DNA of 63,018 bases, counting the filler, from Octopus bimaculoides (Eukaryota), in assembly GCF_001194135.2 (NCBI RefSeq). It is 5 parts of 3 records of this genome, joined end to end, with 100 filler letters (N's around TTAATTAATTAA, not from the genome) between each part and the next. Parts side by side here need not be neighbours in the genome. Positions count along the whole stretch, not along the records: positions 30,713 to 42,742 come from NC_068987.1; positions 42,843 to 48,722 come from NC_068991.1; positions 48,823 to 63,018 come from NC_068991.1; 2 more parts are not named here. One strand, written 5' to 3'. Made by a program: the position numbers and the translations under genes. Positions 38,696 to 51,850 of the stretch are shown here, one piece after another. The notes below the pieces were generated by a model. That model was not told where the DNA came from, made no database searches, and saw only the letters and a program-made list of their open reading frames with translations. The first letter of the stretch is position 1, and each line of letters starts with the position of its first letter.

Positions 38696-38978
38696 AAATT
38701 TGAATGCAACATCGGAGGACAATGGGAAGTAATGAGTTTGTCTCTCTTGAACTGTATTTAGCCCAAGAATATTATAAACTTAAACAACAGAACTTAACTA
38801 AGTCTGACAGTTGATTTGCATAAATTTCTAAGTGCAAATGTGAGAACTATAGGAAAGAAACTGATACAAAAATGTAGATTTGGTTTCAAATCCTGGCTTA
38901 GAATCTAGGAAGTTATTCGTTACATACATACATACATACACACATACATGTATATATGTATACATGTATGCATCTCTT

Positions 38979-39415
38979 ATCTTTTACTCGTTTTAGTCAT
39001 TACACTGCGGCCATTCTCGGGCACCACCTTGACGATTTTAGTCGAACAAATTGACTCTAGTACCCTTTTTTTTTTTTTTTGCTTTTCTTTTTCGAAAGTT
39101 TGGTACTTATTCTTTCGGTCTCAGTTTGCCGAACCTAAACAGTATAGGGACATAAACAAACTAACAACGCTGGACATAAACAAACTAACAACATAAACAA
39201 AACTAACAACAAACACTCACACATAGATATATGTGCGCGCGCACACACACACACACACACATACGACAGGCTTCTTTCAGTTTATCATCTTCACTCATAA
39301 GATTAGGTCTGCCCGAAGCTATAGTAAAAGTCACTTGCCCTAGCTGCCACGCAGTGGGACTGAACCGAAAGCATGAGGTTGGGAAACAAACTACTTACGT
39401 CACAAACCACGCTTG
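38979..39415 (-). mobile_element. SINE family B, decayed full length, with a small internal tandem duplication
   Basis: Tail and head recognisable; ggacataaacaaactaacaac repeated at 39148-39205. Confidence 0.85.
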
Positions 39416-39810
39416 TATGTACGAATGTATGTGTGTATCTATGTACGATAGACATTGTGCTGTCAAGTATGGAACTTACAACGTAAAACTTACTTTAAAT
39501 TCACATTGGTTGAGTGTTTTCAATTGCTAAATTTTATCTAAATGCTCCATTTCACTAACCACTATTCAGGTTGATTAAGACCAAAATGTATGTCAAGACA
39601 CCAGGATATGGTGTGTCTGTGTATCTATGCGCGTACGTTTACAATTGGCTGTCAAGGTAAAATTTTTCTGTTTATATCAACAAATGAACTTAAGCACCAC
39701 TCTGGCACATAACCGGATACTGTGATTGACTACATAACCACACAGTAGGAAAATACGCAATCGTTCGTACTTGAAATAACAAATTGTTGCACATTAATGT
39801 AAATATTTTA

Positions 39811-40275
39811 GTGACTGTGTGGTAGGTAGCTTACTTACCAGCCACATGGTTCCGGGTACAGTCCCACTGTGTGGCACCTTGGGCAAGTGTCTTCCACTAT
39901 AGCTTCGGGCCGACCAAAGCCTTGTGAGTGGATTTGGTAGACGGAAACTGGGAGAAGCCCGTTGCATATATATATATATATATATATATANNNNNNNNNN
40001 NNNNNNNNNNNNNNNNNNNNNNNNNNNNNNNNNNNNNNNNTGTGTGTGTGTGTGTGTGTATAAATAAATGTTTGTCTGTGTTTGTACCTCCACCATCGCT
40101 GGACAACCGACGCTGGTGGGTTTACGTCCTTGTAACTTAGCAGTTCGGCAAACAGAGACCGATAGAATAAGTACTAGGCTTACAAAGAATAAGTCCTAGG
40201 GTCGATTTGTCCGACTAAAGGTGGTGCTCCAGCATGGCCGCAGTCAAATGCCTGAAACAAATAAAAGAATAAAAG
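39811..40275 (+). mobile_element. SINE family B, full length (central microsatellite partly in gap)
   Basis: Head 39811-39965 and tail 40070-40275 match the 35573 copy. Confidence 0.92.
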
Positions 40276-41059
40276 AATATAAAAATAAATAATTGCCTTT
40301 TTAATGAGGTAAAAAAAATTTCAATAGTAAAACTTAACTACATTACAAAATTCCCACCGTGACACTTGGTCTAACTTTTGTAAATATCTATTTACGTACA
40401 TATATAAAATATAGAGGTTTCTTTTTTAAATTCTATTATTTCTTAGCTTTTGATCTTTCTTTTAATATATCAACAAAATCTTAAGCATTTAGAAGTCCTG
40501 CCTATTCTTCTTTTCTTAGCGTACTTCTGTTGCTTTATATGTAGGTTGCTTTTTCTGATTTGTGTGTGTGTGTGTGTGTGTGTTTCGTTATTATTATTTA
40601 CTGAGTCTCAGCACGCCGGTCGAACTGCTTAGCGGTATCCAGTCTCTGTGAGTTTTGTTTATTACGCGTCGCACATGTGTTCGTTGTGAAAATTGCTGTT
40701 TCTTAGTGTTATTATTTATAATAACTGCTGTTTCTGTTAAATTTCGTAACTGTGGAAAGTGTGGCTGGAGAAGAGATGTCTGTCGGAGTGTACGTTCCAA
40801 AAGAGATGGAAGAATGTTGCACGAGTGTTGTACGTGCAATGAACCGTGTGAATAGACGGGAAAAAAAAAAGAACAAAAAGGTACCAGCGATAGATCGGGG
40901 CTTGTGGGGTCGGAGCGTGGCCTGATCATCGCTTCATTTGTATTGTCTCTGTATTGTTAATATCATTTGATTTTTTATATTTTATTTAATTTTTAAAGTC
41001 ACATTTTATGTAAAACCATATCAAATTACTGATCCCAATCAGTTGTTTTGTACATTTCT

Positions 41060-41260
41060 GTGTTTAGCCCCCAGTGGGCAATAAAGACATTGGTATTTCG
41101 CCCGTCTTCACTTTCTGAGTTCAAATTCCCCCGAGGTCGACTCTGCCTTTCATTTTATCGGGGTCGATAACTTGAGTACCAGTGAAACAATGGGTCGATG
41201 TAATCAACTAGTACCCTCCCACAAAATTTCAGGCCTTGAACCTTTAGCAGAAAGGACTAT
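41060..41260 (+). mobile_element. SINE family A, second monomer of the dimeric form
   Basis: tagcccccagtgggcaataaaga..ggtatttcg..tctgagttcaaattcc..ggccttg matches 54025-54213. Confidence 0.85.
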
Positions 41261-42842
41261 TGTTGTTGTTTATTGCAAGGACTAGATGTGTCACGATCGC
41301 TCTATTTTTGTTACCCTTTTGTTGTATAGTGTCGTTAATTTGAGTAGACTATAAAGGTCTGATCAAAAGATATTGTCATGTTCCCTAAAGGGTGAAATTT
41401 CGAAAAGAAGGGTTTTCTTTTCGAAATACTGTTTAAAAATTCAATATGGCGGAGTTTTTTTCAGAAAACAGTGAAGTAGTTTTGAAGGCGAAATTGGTTT
41501 TCACTGTCAATCTTCAAGAAACACGGTAGTAGCAGCAGAACCACCACCACCACCATCAAAACGACGACGACAAAAACATTAAAGAAAAAACATGTGAAAA
41601 CAACGCCACCAGTTCCACTACCGCCATTACAAAAGCCAACCAAAGCAACAACAATGAACAAGAATCTTTTTCCCACAGAGCACGTGCAAATTCAACCACT
41701 AACACCACCAAACTTTAACGCCGACAGAGTCGCTGAAAATGACAAAAATTACAAATCTCACCCTAACGGGTTCGCATCTGCATTTAGAAAAAAAACAAGA
41801 AAATATAAATATGTCGATGGGTGATTTGAAAAGTTAAAAAAAAACATAAAAAATAAATAGAAGGAATCTATTCGCTTCTGAAGCTATTGTACAGGACACA
41901 CTGAGAAAAACATTAACATACACAACAATAGGAGTTAAAAGTCGTAGATTAGAACTAGGGACACATCAACAAATCGTAAAGTGTCTACGTTCAGTGTGGA
42001 ACACAAAACCTATGTTGCAAGGGAGGAGCGATGTGGCACTGCAGAGATGAAATTTTCCACTGAGGAGAGGCAAGGAAGCGTTCCACCATTGACCCTAAAA
42101 AAGGAAGGCCTGTTTCTATACTTGGGTCGCTGAGCAGCGAAAATAAAAATTGCAGATATACCACTAGAAATAGATATCTGCTGTCCTCCTGGACACAGAG
42201 GACAGAACAAACATCCTATAGGTGCGGAAACTGCATAAACAAAACTGACTGTGGCAAAGATTGGAATTGTGGATGCGAATAGATTACGAAAGTTTAGAAA
42301 ACAATCCTGGACATCATAAATTTACCAGATATCACCGACTTACACGTGGCCAAGGGCCCGGGAACAGGGGGTGCAGCGGGTGCACCCGCACCCCCTAGAA
42401 TTTTCAGGGGGTGCAAGATCAAAATTTGCACCCCCTACATAATCTTACCAGTTGCAGAAAAAAAGTGTCTAAAATCTATCGGTATAAAATGCTGAAGTTC
42501 GATCGCGTTTCAAAACAAAGAAAAAAAATATATATATAAATAAATAAAAGTGATGAAGCTAACATAAAATTCCCTAGGGAGTTCTGAAGGCAAGTAGCGT
42601 CAAAACACAAAAAAGTAAGTGACAATAACAACAGTAGCAGCAACAATAACAACAACAAAACCAGCATGTACGGTTAATTTTGAATATATAGCATTACTTG
42701 AATTATTGAAGACAGCTCCCACGCCTGTCAATACTTCTCTCCNNNNNNNNNNNNNNNNNNNNNNNNNNNNNNNNNNNNNNNNNNNNTTAATTAATTAANN
42801 NNNNNNNNNNNNNNNNNNNNNNNNNNNNNNNNNNNNNNNNNN

Positions 42843-43185
42843 ATGGCTCCTGTCAAAGCCCTCTTTACTAACGTGCTAATCCGGTCTCTGAAAACTGGTC
42901 TCGACGGGAAAGACGCGTTTAGTTTCCAGTAACCGGAGCCCTGCCTATGTGTCTTATCTAAGTCTAGCGTACACGTCACAAGTTTGTGATCCGTGTAGCT
43001 GACTATGTGAAATTGTGGACACCCTATGCTATCTCTATCTACTCTCCTACACAGTATTCTATCTAGATACGATCTCGACGACCCGATGCGGTTTGTCCAT
43101 GTCCACATTGGCGCATTCGGGTAATCGAGTCGGTACCTGTCAGACAGTTGAAAGCGTCTGAGCAGGTCTTTGAGGCATTTGCAAG
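42843..43185 (-). mobile_element. Tx1/L1-clade LINE AP-endonuclease C-terminal fragment
   Basis: LSDRYRLDYPNAPMWTWTNRIGSSRSYLDRIL..YTDHKLV..GSGYWKLNAS: TW, LDR, (S/T)DH and WKLN motifs; open frame to the gap. Confidence 0.88.
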
Positions 43186-43249
43186 ATAGATAGATAGATA
43201 GATAGTGAGAGAGAGAGAGAGACAGGCAGACAGACAGACAGACAGACAA

Positions 43250-43300
<51 letters not shown>
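43186..43300. repeat. Compound (TAGA)n/(GA)n/(CAGA)n microsatellite
   Basis: Direct reading. Confidence 0.9.
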
Positions 43301-43301
<1 letters not shown>

Positions 43302-43554
43302 AGGAATAAAGGAATAAAGAAATAAACAGAGCTGTAGAGAGAAAGAAAAATTGTGACACGCGAGATAAAGAAAGACATGGAAATAAAAGAGATACGGACA
43401 GGTGTAGAGAGAGAAAGAGAGTGGAAAGAAGATGGTGAAAAAGAGTGAGAAAGACAAATAACTGACACTCAAGAAATTTAAGGAATTTCAACAAAAATTC
43501 CCCAACTTTTTTCTTCGTTTTCTTCCTTTGTAGCTGTTTTTCTCACGACGCCGT

Positions 43555-43670
43555 TGTTATTGTTGTTGTTGTTGTTGCTGCTGCTGTTGTTGTTGTTGTT
43601 GTTGTTGTTGTTGCTGCTTCAGCTGCTGCTGCTGCTGCTGCTGTTGTTGTTGTTGTTGTTGTTGTTGTTG
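43555..43670. repeat. (GTT)n/(GCT)n alternating trinucleotide tract
   Basis: Direct reading. Confidence 0.9.
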
Positions 43671-43889
43671 AAGAAAATATTTCGGTAAGAAAAAAAAAGG
43701 AAACATTTCCACACGGAAATTAAATTTAATTTTCTGCCCTTAAATACGAATAAAATAAATTAGCAGAAAATAAACAAAACTCAGTAAGGAAAATAGCTGT
43801 ATAAACAACAGTATTTTAAAGAGTATAGGTAATAAAAGTTTAGATGTATATGATTATATACAAATACGTGAACGCGAGTGAGTGTGTGC

Positions 43890-43931
<42 letters not shown>

Positions 43932-44974
43932 GTATATAATACGTGTGTATGCATGCGTGCAGGAGTGTACATATATGTAGTACATATATGTAAGTATGTA
44001 TGCATGTGAGTTTCTGTGAAAACAGTATACTTGATGAATCAATATGTTACATGAAAATATTTTCAGCCACTGAGAACAGAAATGTTCTTATTTAAAATGG
44101 CTTCATAATCACTAAATAAAAGAACGCAGCACATAACATTCATCATTTACAAGTTTTCTTTGGATCATTGTAAAATAAAAGCTCGTTATGTGCCCTGAGA
44201 TGTGTTCCGATATTTCGTACAGAGTAGTTATTCAAAGGCGTAAGACGCGTGGTTCCGAACAGTAAAATTGCAATCTTAGAATACGGTAAACAACATAGAA
44301 AGCAAAACTGGAATTCAAGCAACACTGAGATTGTATCAATAAAAAAGAAACGTTAATACAACACACAAATATTTCTTTTTATTCTTTTTACCGATGCTTC
44401 ATCAATTCTACCAGCTTACTATTTTCACACATACTCATGTGCAAAATCCTATATATACATTCACACGTTATATAATATACTTATGTTCATTTAATATTGG
44501 TAAAATACCTAATGGTAATAACGCACAAACAAAATGCCTTATGATATTAAGATTCAACCGTTTACCTTCTACGTTTAAACATCTCCGGAGTCATTACGAT
44601 AAAATAACAGTAATACTAGGGTACAGCCAATGAATTTAGAAAATGTCTTGTAGTATTTCTTTCGGCTCTTACATTCTTAATTCAAATCTTTTCGTGGTCA
44701 AGTTTGTCTTCATCCTTTCGGGATTGATTAAATGAAGTACCCGTCAAGGGCGATGGAATGGTAAATTTAGGAGTATTGGACAAGTTATTGCTTTGAGTTT
44801 GCTATGATACATGTGCCAAGCTGTATTGGCACTTGCCCTTCCCTTGGAAAATATCGATAGAAGACGTGTTACATGAGCAACTGCTAGTCTTCTATTGACC
44901 TTGTCTGTACCCTGGATATTAATTCACCATGGCCGATGGCGGTCCAGGCTAATATGTGTTTAATATTAGTTTCA

Positions 44975-45165
44975 AATTTTGACACAAAGACAGCAATTTC
45001 GTGGGGAATGATAATTCAATTACATCGACCCAGTGCTCGACTGCTACGATAGGATGTAAAGCAAAGTCGATCTCGGCTGCATTTGAACTCAGAAAGTAAA
45101 GACGGACGAAATGCCGCTAAGCATTCTGCCTGGCGTGCTAACAATTCTGCCAGCTCGCTGCCTTC
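44975..45165 (-). mobile_element. SINE family A
   Basis: gcaaagtcgatctcggctgcatttgaactcagaa..gacggacgaaatgccgctaagcattctgcctggcgtgctaacaattctgccagctcgctgcc. Confidence 0.9.
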
Positions 45166-45446
45166 AATATGTATTTAATATTGACCGATGGAAACTCAAG
45201 CGAAGTGTGAGATGATATATTTTGTACAATTTGTTCCGGATCTTTACACTCTTAATTCGAATCCGGTCAAGATTAATTATGCTTTTCATCCCATCTGGAT
45301 TAATAAAGTAATGTCCCAGCCAAGTACTGGGATCGATTTAAACTCCGAAAGTCTTCCGTTTGAGAATTGCTGATCTTGGGCTTAAACTGGAAATTATTAT
45401 TAAGGGCATTAGATTGAGAGAATCATTTAAAATATCTTGCAGTGTT

Positions 45447-45481
<35 letters not shown>

Positions 45482-45748
45482 NNNNNNNNNNNNNNNNNNN
45501 NNNNNNNNNNNNNNNNNNNNNNNNNNNNNNNNNNNNNNNNNNNNNNNNNNNNNNNNNNNNNNNNNNNNNNNNNNNNNNNNNNNNNNNNNNNNNNNNNNNN
45601 NNNNNNNNNNNNNNNNNNNNNNNNNNNNNNNNNNNNNNNNNNNNNNNNNNNNNNNNNNNNNNNNNNNNNNNNNNNNNNNNNNNNNNNNNNNNNNNNNNNN
45701 NNNNNNNNNNNNNNNNNNNNNNNNNNNNNNNNNNNNNNNNNNNNNNNN

Positions 45749-46635
45749 GTCAGACTCTTACGCGAATTGTTACAAAGGATCACAAAAGTACAGCTCCCAA
45801 AATTACTGCAGAGCTTAATGACCACCTCGAGAACCCAGTTTCCACAAAAAGCTGTTCGCCGAGAGCTGCACAAAGCCAAATTTCACGAGAGGGCTGCAAT
45901 CAGAAAACCACTACTTTCAAAAACAAACGTTACAAAGCGTTTAGAGTGGAGTAAAAACCTACAGAATTAGTCCCTAGAGCAGTGGAAGAATGTTATTTTC
46001 TTGGACGAGTCATCCTTTACTGTATTTCCGACCACCGGCCGAGTATACGTGTAGAGACAGCCAAAAGAAGCATTTGACTCAGACTGCCTTCTTCCAACTG
46101 TTAAACATGGAGGAGGCTCTGTGATGATCAGTGGGAGGCTATATCTTGGAAATCCGCCGGCCCAATGTTTTCCCTTCGTGGCAGAATTAACAGTCAAGAC
46201 TATTTAAGGATTTTATCTGATCAAATTCATCCTATCGTTGCGGAATTGTTACCGGAAGGAAATGCAATCTTTCAGGAAGATAATGCACCAATTCACACGG
46301 TTAAAGTTGTTACTGAATGGCACGAGGAACATTCTAGTGAAGTTTAACATCTTATTTGGCCACCACAGTCCCCAGATCTCAATATTATTGAACATTTATG
46401 GTGCATTTTAGAAAAACAAATAAGGAGTTGATATCCTCCACCATTGTCACTACAAGAACTGGAGACTGTTTTAGCTGAAGAATGGACAAAAATTCCTTTT
46501 GAAACAATTCAAACTTTGTACGAGTCCACAACTCGCAGAATTCGAGCTGTAATTACTGTCAAAGGCGGTCCTACCCCATTTTAAAATAAATTTGTTTGAA
46601 ATTTTAAGGTGTCTCCATTATTTTGTCCAACTCCT

Positions 46636-46638
<3 letters not shown>
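45749..46638 (+). mobile_element. Tc1-family transposase pseudogene (DD36E spacing) with 3' TIR; 5' part lies in the gap
   Basis: KPLLSKTN..RLEW..VIFLDESSF..PTVKHGGGSVMI..FQEDNAPIH..WPPQSPDLNIIEHLW..GGPTPF* (stop 46582-46584); TIR ggtgtctccattattttgtccaactcctg then TA (46637-46638); several stops and frameshifts. Confidence 0.93.
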
Positions 46639-46680
<42 letters not shown>

Positions 46681-46699
46681 CAATATTTATGTGAGTGAG

Positions 46700-46900
46700 T
46701 GTCTTTGAGATTGTGCTTGTCCCCATCACCCCCTGCCAACCGGTGTCGGCTTGTTTCCGTCGCCGTAACATAGAGGTTCGGTAAAAGTAAGTGATAGAAA
46801 GAGTGCCAAGCTTTATAAAATTAAGTTCAGTGGTCGATGTATTCGGCTTAAACCCTTTAAAGCAGTACTCCAGCATGGCCACAGACAAAAAAAAATAAAA
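46700..46900 (+). mobile_element. SINE family B tail
   Basis: ccaaccggtgtcggcttgttt..aaagcagtactccagcatggccacag. Confidence 0.8.
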
Positions 46901-47396
46901 GAGAAAAGAAAGATAAATTTAATGCAAAAGCTGTAATTGCTCCACTCGGCGAAATGTTTTATACTTATACCTGTAATAATTGGAACACTTCAATATATAC
47001 ACTTAGTTACTCGCCTTGAGAAAGTGAAATTTACTAAACCAGAAATGAAGGGTTAATTAAGAAATTGCAAGTACATATTGACGCCACTGTGAAAATATGG
47101 AAAATATTCCAGACGGTTGGTATGGATTTAAAGGATTTTACGCACGTGTATTAAGACTTAAACGCATAGATATAAGAGCTTATTGTCTGAGCAACATATG
47201 CAGATATATAAACATATGTAATTGCGCACATACATAAGTTAAAACATACAGGCCAGAGCATACATTCAAAACTAGCCATACTTGTGCTCATACATAACTG
47301 TGCACAGGTATGTATACATACATATGTATACGTATGTGTATGCAAACGTGTAAGTTAGTGTACATGGCCGTTGAAATCTAACTATGCTGGAGACAA

Positions 47397-47442
<46 letters not shown>

Positions 47443-48413
47443 NNNNNNNNNNNNNNNNNNNNNNNNNNNNNNNNNNNNNNNNNNNNNNNNNNNNNNNNNN
47501 NNNNNNNNNNNNNNNNNNNNNNNNNNNNNNNNNNNNNNNNNNAAAAAAAAAAAAAAAAAAAATGTAAGATAAGGTATAAACAATGGTTGTTCTATATTTT
47601 TCTTTATCGTTGTAAATTTGACGTGCACACATACATACATACATACATACATACATACATGTGCCATGGGACCCATCTTGCCCAACTGTGGAATTTTTGA
47701 TTATTTTCTTTAGTCGTAGATTCTTAGATGACTATACATGTGAAAGAGTACAAGCAGAAAAGAGCACAAACCCACTAGCGACTAAAGAATCACGACCGCC
47801 AAGAGTTCCATGTGTCCTCACATATGAAGACTCACGGAAGCAGCAGTGTTGCATCGACGTCGCAGGGTCGCATGACATCAGAACATCCGAATAAGTATCA
47901 GTCTAAAGATTCAAGGTGCATGATTGCCATTGAAGGTGTGTACATTGAACTTTATAACAGTATTTGTAGTGCACCTGTACTCAAAGAGACACAATGGAAA
48001 GAATATTACTTGACAAGTCCTACCTCAATCGAGCTGCGAACAAACTTCCCAAAATTTTGTCTGTCAGAGACCACCTAAACATTTTTTTGACCTCACCCAT
48101 AAACCAGTTGGGTAAAGCAGATAGGTCGCCCCTCCATTATTGGCTAGAACTAGTCGTCTATTACCCACTAAAATGGTCTTTCAGTATCTTTGTATCACAT
48201 CTCTGTATCCCATCCATTATTGCTTGTTAGGCATTGTCCCTAGGCTGGATTTATTTTTGTTTCTGTCTTGCTGGGTCAGTAGCAACTCTAACCATACAAG
48301 GCTAACCTAGGAAGGTGTAGGTTTAGTCAGGCTCAACCTGATCCTCTTACAGGTTGTACTGAGGCGCATGTTACCAGTAGCATTGAGCACAACTTTGCAT
48401 AATAAATAAATAA

Positions 48414-48456
<43 letters not shown>

Positions 48457-49929
48457 TATATAATGCATGCATAATACCTACCAGTCTACATAATACATGC
48501 ACAAATACATACATACATACATATTCATGCATACAAGCATGTATAAGCACATTAATGCATACATACACTTATATGAACAATTAAAAACGCCTCGGCACAA
48601 TGCATATTTCTATCAATAGACAGGAATAGACAGATGTTCACTTTATGAAACAATACACAACACATTATTTTACACGAATACATGCATATATGTATGTATG
48701 TATATATATATATATATATATANNNNNNNNNNNNNNNNNNNNNNNNNNNNNNNNNNNNNNNNNNNNTTAATTAATTAANNNNNNNNNNNNNNNNNNNNNN
48801 NNNNNNNNNNNNNNNNNNNNNNTGTGTGTAAATTCTCACACGCATATACACGTACACAGAAGTATTCACAGAAGTATTCGTTTATACGGAGTGAATTATA
48901 ATAGACTTCACAAGAGCAGTAATTTTTATTTTATTTACACTCCGCGTATTTATTTTATTTATATATTTTATTTTTAAACTCTATTTTCTTGTTATTGTTG
49001 TTGTAGCTGAGTGTCGATCCCTTGCTAGTAGAATAACTAAGTTTAGTCAATAAAACAAGCTTTGACAGGTGATATATAGACATAATGAATGCATGAGGAT
49101 GTATGCAGCCTCCATCAAAGGCATTGTCATCATGGTCTGCCTTTGGCGGAGTTTTGATAGTCCTCTCAATACACGCTGACAAAGTAACGCAATATGAGCA
49201 AAGAGCTGGTGGTAAACTGGTAGCAGGGAAAGAAGGGGACAGGAAGAAGGGTAAAAAGGGTTTGGAGATAAGGGGCTGAGATGGAGGATAAAGAAATGGA
49301 AAGAGAAAGAGAAAGTGAGGGAGAGTACGGAGATTCAGTGAAGAAAAAGGTACACGATGATGATGGCCCTGGTGAAGGGGCAACATGAAGAGGAAAGGGA
49401 AATGAAAAGAGAACATAAGTAAGGGAGATGTTAGGGTCAAGGAGAGAAAGACGTAAGGGGGCTGGTGATTGGGGAAATTTTCTGCTTTTTTGTTTTGTCG
49501 CCGATGAAATGTTCAGACGTTTTGTCCAGTAGCAGGAGCAGCAAGAACAACAAAACTTTAAATAGTAACAACAACGAAAGAGCCTCTAGAAGCTACCTCA
49601 ACCTGCTGAACAAAAAAAAAAAACGAAAAAGCAGTTATATTTTTCTCAAATCGTACTCTACTTCATTAAAATGTGATGGGCACATAGGACAAATTGGTCG
49701 TATATATGCAAAAAGAAGCAGTGGACACAGCTGTAGCAACTTCCATTGGAAGTCCTATCATAGCCGACATAATTTTTAGCAGCAGCAGCAGCAGCAACAA
49801 CAACAACAACAACAACGACAACGACAGCAACTGCAATGTCAACAACAATCGAGTTGCTAAAATTTGCAGCCAAATCTCCCATGAATCAGACGGAAATGTC
49901 CAGGAAAAAATGGACACATAATGTAGTTC

Positions 49930-50001
49930 TCTTCGGTAATGAAGAAGTAAGGATCTACACCTGTCACGCGAGATACCGGGGTTTGACTCCCCGCTGGGGG
50001 G
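49930..50001 (+). pseudogene. tRNA-Asp(GTC) pseudogene
   Basis: 72-nt colinear match to the generic metazoan tRNA-Asp as I recall it (about three quarters identical by eye); CCTGTCACGC anticodon loop (GTC 49963-49965); T arm CCGGGG-TTTGACT-CCCCG; D arm and TTC motif degraded. Confidence 0.8.
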
Positions 50002-50239
50002 GGGGGGGCGATTACCTTTAAAGGTAGTGCTCCCAGTACGGTCTCCGTCTCTAGATGAGACCTGTAAAAGGTAAAAGAGACAATGTACCTGGATATAAGA
50101 GACGTAAATGTCTCAAATTGAAAGTCTTTGATCTGGCTGACCTTAGTGATAAACAACCAGAGTCATTTAAGAAAGCTTTGAAACTTCCTGCGGTAAAGTA
50201 AGAATAAACCAGTTCCGACCGAAGTAAAGAATCAAATAG

Positions 50240-50324
50240 AGAATCATAGAAGTATTTTATGCCGTAGCCACAGTCTTAAAGAGTAAACAATGATGTGTTA
50301 TTGTTGATCCCCAATCGTCTCTCC

Positions 50325-50399
<75 letters not shown>

Positions 50400-50565
50400 G
50401 CACACACACACACAAGCACACACACACACACACATATATACACGACGGGCTTCTTCCAGTTTTCATCTACCAAATCCACTCAGCCCGAGGTTATAATAAA
50501 AGACACTCGCTCAAAGTGCCGGAATCATGTGGTTGGGAAATAAACTTCTTACTACACACGCACCT
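50240..50565 (-). mobile_element. SINE family B, decayed
   Basis: acgacgggcttcttccagttttcatctaccaaatccactca..cttcttactacac. Confidence 0.75.
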
Positions 50566-51573
50566 AAAGATATAAGCACTCCTTTACCCTCTTATTATTT
50601 CTTATAATCCTACATCAATTCATTTTAAACGTATATTCCTAACAGTTTTTATTATAATAAAAAATGGATAACACCTCAAAAAATACAAAACCACATTTTA
50701 CAATTATGCCTATGTATTTGATTATACAATTTTTCATATTCCAAGTTACAACAAGAAAGAAAAAAGTAATTTCATCACAAACATTTTATGCACCCCCGGT
50801 CGACCCCTAAATATTACAAAGGCCAGCGCTCATGCTATCTTTCCATAGAAATCAATCTGATGAAAGATAAATCTTATTGAATCCAACGCTAGTCTACTAC
50901 AAATAGACTTCTCTTTAACAATTAAAATCAATAGGCTTTGTGAGTTTTACAGTTCCCGCCACTGAATACAACAGTAACAGAAGTAATTAAGAGAGTTGCT
51001 ACGCAGTCACTTTTCGAAATGGTAGCTGGATATCCTTAAAGTCACTTCTTGCTCTCCTAAAATTAGAACATAATGGAGAATTTAGACTCATTTACACTTT
51101 GCACAGAAAAGAAAAATTCTCGAAGTTGAAACACTTTTGATCATAGTTCTGCTAATCAAGATTAACTTTAGGCTAAGCAGCAGCAGCATTAGCAACAGCA
51201 GCAGTAGCAGCAGCATAAGCAGCAGAAGCTGCAGCAATGTTGGGGAGACATAAGCTGTTTAATTTTCAGCTGGTTATCCGATATCATGAGTGAGAAAAAA
51301 TACCGAAGGTGCGCATCCGTCCCATGTACACTAAATACAAAAATGGTTGGTATGGCATATGTAATATAATAAGTTTAAAACCTCCATCAAGTGAGGTCAT
51401 CCAAGCAATAAGTAGAAAAACTCCCCTTAGTATCTTTAAACGACAGCAAAATAGGCAGGAGAGATAATTCCAATAAAACCACTTGAAAAAATTTTTGGAC
51501 AACATAGGCATGCTGTTGAATCTATTTGGATTATTTTTCAGACGTGCTCTCCTTCATCTCCCAACCCGTGTAT

Positions 51574-51613
<40 letters not shown>

Positions 51614-51665
51614 AGGAATTTGTTTTGCAAGATTCCTGATGTGAAATCGTATGTTGCAAAAAACA

Positions 51666-51850
51666 ATTTTATTACAGGACGGTCATTTTTTCTGCCAAAT
51701 AAATACATGCACTATATATTTCTTCTTCACTTCAGCTTTATCATGGTTCTTATTTTTATTCCCATTGTCTGGAATCTTTCGTTACACAACCTGTGACCTC
51801 TTACATAGAGCGCGTATTTATTTGGCGAAAAAAAATGACAATCCCGAAAT

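Noticed and set aside
40886-40933. GC-rich ~48-nt hairpin (possible pre-miRNA)
   Set aside because: Only ~13 well-paired bases and no match to a miRNA I recognise
42085-42290. Cys-rich frame (KNCRY..TSYRCGNC..C) reminiscent of a piggyBac C-terminal domain
   Set aside because: Cys spacing does not fit and no upstream transposase sequence is visible
47661-48078. ORFs containing YTCE and HMKTH (C2H2 zinc-finger-like)
   Set aside because: Motifs are in different frames and the CxxC and spacing are missing
48250-48375. Possible HDV-like ribozyme at a decayed RTE 5' end
   Set aside because: Could not assign P1/P2 pairing; only one hairpin is evident
49110-49151. 14-bp stem hairpin ctccatcaaaggca / tgcctttggcggag
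   Set aside because: Too short for a miRNA precursor; likely chance or a MITE remnant
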